Position numbers and translations under genes: made by a program. Shown here one piece after another: positions 55,601-64,000 of a DNA stretch of 64,000 nucleotides (positions are counted from its first letter, which is position 1; each line of letters begins with the position of its first letter). Origin of the DNA: Paramecium tetraurelia (Eukaryota); NCBI GenBank assembly GCA_000165425.1, contig CT868041.1, positions 372,001-436,000 on the forward strand, in the 5' to 3' direction. The notes under the pieces are model-generated. The model saw only the letters and a list, made by a program, of their open reading frames with translations. It did not search any database and had not been told where the DNA came from.

Positions 55601-56508
55601 AGATTTGCACTTTTGTCAGAATGAATTTACATTAAGGTAGAATAGAAAATTTTGAATTTATTAATGAAGAATAAAAGTAGATTGCAAAAAAAGCAAGGTC
55701 AACTCGAAAAATAACGTTTAATGTAGATGTTCAAAATATTGGATTTCAAAGTACATAAGATTAATTCATTAGAACATTATGTTCTCAACCTAAATCTAAA
55801 GTGAAATATTTAGTTTTAGCATAGAGTATATAACCATAAACTGTTCACTTAGGATAACCACAATATAATATATAGATATCCAAGGATAGCTAAGATTTTA
55901 AATTATAAAGAATATTATAGGCTTAATCCTTTGATTAAGAAATTTCTATTGAAGAATAAAGTTAAACAGAAAGTATGATACTTGGATAGGCTGCTTAAAG
56001 TTAAATTAGTTCAGATAGTTTTCATAATGATAATTTTATTTTTTAAGAATAATAATAGGTGCAAGTATTTCAATCTCCAAGTAAAAATCCTTTTGATTCT
56101 GAAACATTGAGCAATCTTAATAACAACCAACTAGTTGAATCCATTATTTTCGATAGTAAAGACATAAGATCTTAACAGGAATTATCAAATTACAAAGATT
56201 CCGAAGTTAAAAAACCCAAATCTTCTTGTTAAAGTAAACAAATGATTGAGCAAGTACAGAGAAGCAAATTCAAAATGTCAGAAGTTTATGAAGGTAACAA
56301 TTCATTGATATTTTCAAATATTTAAAATTCAAATTATGGTGATATTAAAAGATAATCTATTAAAACTCCAAATTTCAATGTTAATAACTTAAATTAACAT
56401 AACTTTTAACAATGGCAGATTAAAAGTTGTAATAGAATTTAAACTGAATAATTTTTGAAAACATCTATGGATATCTTGGATTTTGATTTAAAAAAAGACC
56501 AAAACTGA
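52619..56508 (+). CDS. Large hypothetical protein, N-terminal CxxC, beta-rich middle, low-complexity tail
   Basis: MKINKFACFHCHQSL.., long code-6 frames with tiny introns, TGA at 56506-56508. Confidence 0.55.
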
Positions 56509-56787
56509 ATTAAAATAATTTCAGATTCAATTTTTATATGAATAGGTCATTTGTGTTCAATTTTAATATATTATTTTAATCCTCATAATATCTTTTAAAT
56601 TATAATTTTAATTTTTAAATATCCCATATATAACTCATATACAATAATTTGATTCAATTAGTATATAATGAATATAGATTTAATGATATTAATAAATGAA
56701 AAAACTATATAATGAATAATATCATTTGGAAAATATGAAAAATATTAGTTCTTCGTTTTAAATCATAATCTCTATATTTTAACTAGT

Positions 56788-57290
56788 ATGATAAGATAGC
56801 CATCAATGTAATGAATAATAAATCATAAATCCCATATATATATCTCAATCACAAGAACTAGTCTAAGTGATAAATATCTAATTAAAAAGTTGGATTGAGG
56901 GATATGACTTGTATTAGAACCACATTTAGAGTCACTGTTTAGAACCGTATTATTATCAGGGTTGTTGTTTAAGAGCGTCTTTATTCTAAGAAATTGGATA
57001 TTTTGAAAACGCGGTAATTTATGATTCTAACAACTCAGTTTACTTCAAAAAGAAGATTCTTGCTAGTTAAGAAGTATGGTTTAAAAGAGGGTGATACATG
57101 CATTTGAGAGTAGAGATTCGATAAGTTCCATGGGCTGTGAGTTCTACTCAACATGTAATTGTGAAATATATTATTATTTCTGCAATCATAAATATTCAAA
57201 GGATTTTTTTATTATTATTGTTCATTATGATTTCATAAATCTTATTATTTATTACATGGTTATGAATATGAATATCCCTTATTCATAAGC
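56788..57290 (+). pseudogene. Possible decayed TPR-like gene remnant
   Basis: EPYYYQGCCL..GYFENAVIYDSNNSVYFKKK resembles TPR helices but is interrupted by TGAs. Confidence 0.25.
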
Positions 57291-57341
57291 ATTTTTTATG
57301 AAGAATTAAATTGTATAAATAATTTATTAAAATACTTTAAT

Positions 57342-58279
57342 ATGGATTTCACAGGGTAATTCAGATTGGACGAGGACTCGATGGCAATAAATATTTTCCA
57401 GACACCTGTTAAAGGCTTAGTGTAAGGTATGTTTAAACTTTTCATCTACTTTTCTCATATTATATTACATGTTATGGCGGAATATTTTCGCGCTTATACA
57501 ACAATTTTGTGACAAAAAAATATATTTTTAGATTCAGAAGCTAATTGCAATTCACAAGCAAACACAAATAAGAAATTATTTGTTTAGATTGAACCCTTCG
57601 AAAAACCAAAGATTCAATCAGATTCTATAAAATCTCAGAAGAAGTGGAGTCTAAAATACATCAGCAGTCGAGTTATGATGGAGTTATCGAATGAAGCTAT
57701 GGCTTATAGTGATATTTGCTAAAAATTGACAGAGGAGATGATTTAAGAGTTTAATGGATAATAAAATGATAGGCAGAAAGAAATCAAAAATCTTAGGAGA
57801 AGAGTCTATGATGCTTTGAATGTCATGATTTCAATTGGAATAGTTGTAAAAGAGAAGAAATTGATAAGAAAGAATGCTGAGAGCTAAGTTAATCTAACAA
57901 AGTAGAATTTAATAATTAGAAAAGTATAAATTAAAATTAATTTTAACAGCAAAAATAAAAAGAATAATTATAAATAAAAAAAGCCTCAGCCACAAATCAT
58001 ATTAAATAATAGGAGAGTCTTACGAAACTTGTAGAATTGAACAAAATGAGAGATGTGGATGAAAGTGAGAAAATCAGATTCCCATTCATTCTAGTCAAAA
58101 CCTAATTAAAAAATTCTGATGAAGTATAACTATCCATAACACTATGATAGGAAGAATTGGTACTTGAATAGAATAAATCGATGGATTACTTGAAGGTCTT
58201 TAGTAAGAACTTACTTGATCTCTAGTTAGATCTATCTGTAGTACAGAAGCTATTTCAAAGTGAACACATGGTATTGTGA
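57342..58279 (+). CDS. DP-family (E2F partner) transcription factor
   Basis: SLKYISSRVM..YSDICQKL..KNLRRRVYDALNVMISIGIV (DEF box), KIRFPFILV. Confidence 0.9.
57427..57531 (+). other. Unusually long (105-nt) first intron of the DP gene with hairpin and TTTTCGCGC
   Basis: GTATG..TTTAG; splicing restores the frame (G|AT); no internal AG; in-frame TGA at 57510. Confidence 0.7.
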
Positions 58280-58973
58280 AATATCCTAATTTTGTTTTAA
58301 TATAATTATATCTAATTATCTCCTTCAAAATTATAATGCCCCTTCGAAATACCAAAGTATTTATTGTTAAATAATTTCTTTCGGAATAATTCAAATCTGA
58401 TTTACAATATAGTCTAAGTATCAATTTCAAATAATTGAAGGTCATAATAATTTATGAATCAAAAAATACGACTAGTACCATTCATAAAAGGTGTTGATGA
58501 AGATCATAGTAGAATTTGTGATTGAAGCTATCATTATTTTTGTTACTTATACTTGCGATTTTCAATCAATCTAAAGACAAAACTTTTTTCTTTGAGATTT
58601 TTCAACTTTTAATTTAATTTGGTTGAAACGAAACTTCTGTGTAGAACTTAAGGACATTGACGATGACCTTGTACAATGTTTTATCAATTCAAATGTGATA
58701 TTCCAATAATGAATAAATTTAATATTTATGATGATATATTTTATATATAAATAAATATCTCAATCCAAGAATGATTTATATTTAAATTTTTTAGAGAAGG
58801 TTAATACTTAAATTATAATTATAATCACATTTCGAATAGGATATTTTCAACTAGTTACAACTCTCAATATTATATAACCAGCCAGAATACAAAAGAACAT
58901 AAAAATTACTATAAGAAGTGCTAAAATCAACATTTTTTTCAATTATTTTTTTAAATTGATATACTCAAATTGT

Positions 58974-59777
58974 ATGACATCTATCTAATAACATTCTCAA
59001 GCGGAAAGACCAAAGGAATAATAGAAGTAATAGAAATCAACTTCATCAAGAGACTCAGAATCATCAGACCCCTCTTATGATTTCGTTAAGGATTTGAACC
59101 AGAAGTCTTCGCTAAAGAGAACTCCAGAGGAAGAATAGGATCTTCTCTACAGATATAAAGGTAAAGTTTGTTAAGATTTTGTAATAGGAAAGCATGGGTT
59201 AAAGTACTAGAAAATATCAAATGAACTGCGATAAAAACTTATCAAGCAGGTAACAACAACAGGGTGCACAATCAAAAGTGCTGCAAGAGATTTGAACATT
59301 AATTTTTCTACGGCAAAGGCTATTATGCAAATTTATAGAAAAGAAGGTAGAACTTCTAAAAAAATCAAGAGGACTAAGACTTTGGAAGAATTGAAGAATC
59401 CTGAGTAATTAATTTAAGGTAATTTGTGTAGATAATAAGTTTAGCAGGATTATAAAAAGAAGATTAATGCTAGCCAAGACAAAATACTGTATAGGACAGT
59501 ATAGAGACTATTCATTATCAATAAGTGGAGGAGAATAATAGAAATTAAGCCATAATAATATAATAGATAAATGCGTAGGTTAGAACTTTTAATAAATTTA
59601 GAATTAATATTTATAAGGGAGAGTAAATTAATTATAACAAGAGAAATCATAATTGTGTTAAAATTATTCCTATTTGAATTTTCAGTATAATTAATTATAA
59701 CAAATGGTATTAAAAATAAAATAAATTGATAGGTCAGGCAAACCATGCCACCATATTCAAAGCCATATCAATTTTGA
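58974..59777 (+). CDS. HTH protein of the same family as 20678-21100, with Q-rich tail
   Basis: KYQKISNELRQKLIKQVTTTGCTIKSAARDLNINFSTAKAIMQIYRKEGR. Confidence 0.8.
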
Positions 59778-59951
59778 TTATTATTGAATATTGTATTAAG
59801 ATTATTAATTAATTAATATAAACCCTAGTAAGGACAAAAATATCTAATACTTTTTTTTTGGACTTTTTCAAATTATCATTCCAATAATTATAATGATATT
59901 AATTAATATAATAATTCTGTAGAGTTTCTGTTCATTAAATTAATAAAATAA

Positions 59952-61832
59952 ATGGATTTTGAAGAGGAGCACGCAGGAGGAGACGACGTTGAAGAAATCT
60001 AAGACGGAGAAGATATATTTGGTGAAGACGCTGATATATCAGTACACGATTCAGGGAGCAAAAAAGATGCAGTCATATTTTTGGTAGATTGCAAAAAAGC
60101 ATTGTTTGACATGGATCAAGATGGACAAGGCACAGTCTTTTCTAAAATATTATCTGCCTTTTCTAGCTTTATGAAGGCAAAAATCATATCAAGTCCAGAT
60201 GATCGCATTGGTATGATATTCTACAACACAGTAATTAATATCTATAAAATTAGAAATCCACCAATAATCAATTAAAATTCAATAACATCACAGAAATTTA
60301 TAAATTAGATGGACCATCTGCAGATATTATCAAAAATTGTTTAAAAATAGAGCAAAATTTTGAGAAAGATTATCAATTAGGCAACAATGCTCATTTTCAT
60401 GAATGTTTATGGCTCTGCAATCATGAATTCAAAGAATTGTAAACATATTATCAATATTTATTAGAGATAAGAACAAATTCAATATGCGTATATTTTTATT
60501 CACTCCAGATGATTTACCATATTTTAAAGATTTGAATGCCAGATCATCAGCTTTGAAATACGCCAAGTAATTGAAGGATGCAGATGTTTAGATTGAATTG
60601 TTTCCATTGCCCAGTTAAAATGAATTCAAAATTGCTAGATTTTACGGTGAGATTATAACTGTTGATTTGGATGAAGTTAACAATGCTGTACTTGATACTT
60701 CAACTAAAATTATGGATTTGCATTAAAGAATTAAATAAAAGGAATTTAAGAAAAGAGCTTTGAATAGACTTATTATGGATATCGATGACATTAAAATTGG
60801 ATTAAAAATATATTGTTTAGTGAATAAGGCAAAAAAACCATATGGCAAACCCTTAGATAGGAGATACAACTAATAACTAAAAAAGAAAGCGTAATTTATT
60901 GATGAAGAAACAGGTCAAGCACTCTTCCCTCAATAAATATCTACTCATTTGATATTGGGAAATGAGAAAATAGCAATCCCAAAGGAATATATGGCTAAAA
61001 TAAAAGGTTTTGAAAAGCCTGGGATGACTCTAATAGGTTTCAAATCTTCAAGTGCATTAAAGGATTATCACAATTATAGAGCCTCCTATTTTTTATATCC
61101 TGATGATGAACATGTAAATGGATCTTCTTAATTTTTTGATGCATTGATTCAATAAATGATATTGAAAGAGAAAATAGGAATAGTTCGATTAGTCCCTAAA
61201 TAAGGATCTTAGGTCAGATTTTGTGCATTGCTTCCTTAAGCAGAACAATATGATGAAAATCATTTTTAGACACCTCCAGGATTACATCTGATATTTTTAC
61301 CTTATGCTGATGATATTAGAGGACTGTCTACAGTTAAGTAAGAAGGAGCCGAGATTACAAGATAGACCTTGAATGCAGCTAAGATTTTAGTAAATGCTCT
61401 GACAATCCAAGATTTTGATTGCTCAAACTTTGAAGATCCTTCAATATAGAAGTAATAATAGATTATTAATATAGATTTTACACATATTTACAAGGGTTGG
61501 CATTGTAAGAGTAAAACATCGAAGAACCTGAAGATTTACTTTAGCCAGACTTTAAAGGTATGGAAAAATATAGAGATATTGTGAACTTATTTATGAGTAA
61601 TGTCAGTCTGGAATGCTCTAATATGCCCTCAAGATCTAAAGGATAAGGAGGGGGAAGAGGTAGAGGCAGAGGAAGAGGAAGAGGCAAACAAGAAGAAAGT
61701 GAGAGTGACGATTGTTCTAAAGTAAAGGGGAGAGGCAGAGGGTCCACTTAGAAGCAAAAGATTGAAGAGGATGACAGTTTGGAAGGAGAGGAGATCTATT
61801 AACCAGTAAAAAAGAGAGGAAGAGGACGTTGA
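59952..61832 (+). CDS. KU70: Ku70 (NHEJ DNA end-binding subunit)
   Basis: KDAVIFLVDC, KIISSPDDRIGMIFYNT, RIFLFT, GMTLIGFK, FLYPDDEHVNGS, QTPPGLHLIFLPYADDIR, FEDPSIQKFYTYLQGLAL. Confidence 0.96.
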
Positions 61833-62073
61833 TTATTGTTTTTACAAACTCATATTAGGATTATATAAAAACTTAAATATCAATTGGTTTATTCCACATT
61901 TTTAAAATAAAATCATTTCATTTGTCGCTTTGGCAACCCCGTTGGAGGTTCTTTTATCAACTAAGACATATGTTTTAGATTATTAATATTTATTGTATGA
62001 TAGATATTTGGATTCATGAAAATTCTGAGATAAATTCTATATTAAAATAATTAGCATTATAAAATCTAGAAAA

Positions 62074-63234
62074 ATGGGTAATTGTAATGTAATAGATAAA
62101 AGAGAAGAATTTCAAGAAGCAAGTATCTTTTTTGTCTTATGTAGTGTAATCAATACGAAATTACGAAGTCTTAGATATACTCGGAAGAGGTGGATATGGT
62201 AAGGTCTTTAAAGTTAGAAGAAAAAAAAATAATTAACTTTTTGCTATGAAAATAATGTCTAAAGCCAAGTATTGATTAAAATTCATTTAGGATAATTGAA
62301 AAAAAGAGCATAACATCAGTATTAAATGAAAAGAATTTGTTAAAGCAATTGCATCATCCTTTTATTGTGAATATGCATTCAGCATTTTAAGATAGAGAGA
62401 ATTTATACCTAGTGCTTGATCTCTTATCAGGAGGGGACTTGAGATATCATCTTTGTAGAAACAAAAGATTTTCTGAAGAAGAATCATGTAAATTATTTGG
62501 CAATATTTTAAGAGTTTTTTGCTGCTTGTATAATCGTAAGTCTAGAGTATCTCCATTAACACGGAATAATCCATCGAGATCTCAAGCCAGAAAACTTGGT
62601 TTTTGATGAATCTGGATATCTTCGATTAACTGATATGGGAATTGCAAGAGTCTGGAGACCAGAAAATGCCTCAGATACAAGTGGAACTCCGGGTTACATG
62701 GCACCTGAAGTGATGTGCAAGCAAAATCATGGTATTGCTGTCGATTTTTTTGCTTTGGGAATTATTATTTATGAATGCATGCTCGGAAAAAGACCCTATG
62801 TTGGAAAATCTAGGCAAGAGATTAGGGATCAAGTCTTATCTAAACAAATCCAAATTAAAAGATCACAACTACCTGTAGCTTGGTCAATTGAAGCTGGGGA
62901 TTTTATTAATTAAGTATATTTTTGAATGCACATATTAGCTTATCCAAAGAAAACCTGAAAATAGATTAGGATCAAACAACCCTTCAGATGTTAAGAATCA
63001 TCCATGGTTCAGCGCTTTTGATTGGGATGCTTTGATTAAAAAAAAATACGATCCTCCATATTATCCCAAGAAATTCAAAGGCTATGAAGGATAGACGGAT
63101 GATACTATGGAGGATTAAAATGAGAAAAATTTTGTATTGCTCCGAAATAAAACCCTTTGTGGTATTATTCATCATATTAATAAGAACAATTCAACGAGTA
63201 TTGTTATAATCCAGAAGTTTGTTTTGAAAAATGA
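62074..63234 (+). CDS. AGC-group Ser/Thr kinase with MGNC acylation motif
   Basis: LGRGGYGKV, FAMK, HRDLKPEN, LTDMG, GTPGYMAPE, RLGSN..KNHPWF. Confidence 0.93.
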
Positions 63235-63286
63235 TTATTAAATTGATTCTCTCTTTTTCTTAAATATATTAAATAAATTATTAAAA

Positions 63287-63577
63287 ATGTCATCTGCTTA
63301 CATAACTATTCTATCATCTAATGGAATTGAATTCATAGTTGCCAAAGAAATAGCTGGATTGAGTGAGATTTTCAAAAAACAGATAGCAAATGCAGACATG
63401 AGAGGAGAAACCCAAATCCTTTCTGATTTTACAGCTGACATACTTGAAATAGTCCTACAATACCTTCACTATAAAAATAGATGGCAATTAGAATCTCCAG
63501 TAAATTTGCCTAAATTTCAAATAGCCAAAGAAAAGGCTTTATCAGTTTTACAAGCTGCAATTGCATTATAAATATGA
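63287..63577 (+). CDS. ELOC: Elongin C (Skp1/BTB fold)
   Basis: YITILSSNGIEFIV..ILEIVLQYLHYK..PKFQI..ALSVLQAAIALQI-TGA. Confidence 0.85.
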
Positions 63578-63624
63578 AAAATTATTAGACAATTATTATA
63601 TATGCATAATGTAGTGATATCTTT

Positions 63625-64000
63625 TCATTCTAAATCATCCTAGATGTTATCACTAAGATTTTAATTCTCTTATTCCTTTTTTGGATTGTCAATGTTGATT
63701 ATCTACTCCTTTTATTTTAGGGCTTCTTATTTTTCTTTTTTTGCCTTTAGTTCTTCCTTCATCTATTTGTCTAAAAAATCTTCTAGTTGATCTTTGGTCA
63801 TATACTCAACCTTTTCGAAATTGGCTTTCTTATTTTCAACTTCCTTAAGCTTTTTTTAGTATTAACTCAATAATCCCTTATATTATTTTAACAACTTTTA
63901 ATTTTTTTAATTGGTCTTAACAATCAGCTACTTCAATTTCTATTCTGTTTTGATTACGTCTTTAGTTTAAGCAATTTAATTAACTTAATTCTTCTATCTA
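63625..64000 (-). CDS. 3' end of a coiled-coil protein
   Basis: E/K/Q-rich open frame ending ..NIQDDLE-TGA. Confidence 0.55.

Noticed and set aside
58280..58730. Open stretches on both strands downstream of the DP gene
   Set aside because: No consistent gene model or motif; TGA-free runs arise easily in code 6
62631..62640. DMG in place of DFG in the kinase
   Set aside because: Catalytic Asp retained; DLG/DMG variants occur in active AGC kinases
1..64000. CRISPR arrays, tRNA/rRNA genes, telomeric repeats, intact transposons
   Set aside because: None seen by eye

Overview
AT-rich eukaryotic ciliate DNA, almost certainly Paramecium macronuclear genome. Genes read through TAA/TAG (Gln, genetic code 6), stop only at TGA, carry tiny ~19-34 nt GT..AG introns, and lie 6-60 nt apart. 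The supplied ORF track uses the wrong code and is mostly fragments or poly-N/I/L artefacts of TAA-encoded polyQ. About 30 genes were reconstructed by hand, including SCYL2-like, GRP170/HYOU1, NEMF, importin-7, PP2A-like, YIF1, MLF, a 10-kb HUWE1/Tom1 HECT ligase, mitochondrial EF-Ts, a DP transcription factor, Ku70, an AGC kinase and Elongin C. There is one assembly gap (2371-3157). Most notable: (1) a decayed V-ATPase subunit d pseudogene with an abnormally long 263-nt first intron holding three tandem hairpins (candidate intron-hosted ncRNA); (2) a 105-nt structured intron with an E2F-type site in the DP gene; (3) two intact-frame genes that have lost key active-site residues (aspartate aminotransferase-like and UAP1-like); (4) a Ku70 with an RG-rich tail instead of a SAP domain. 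Coordinates and family calls are by eye, without searches.
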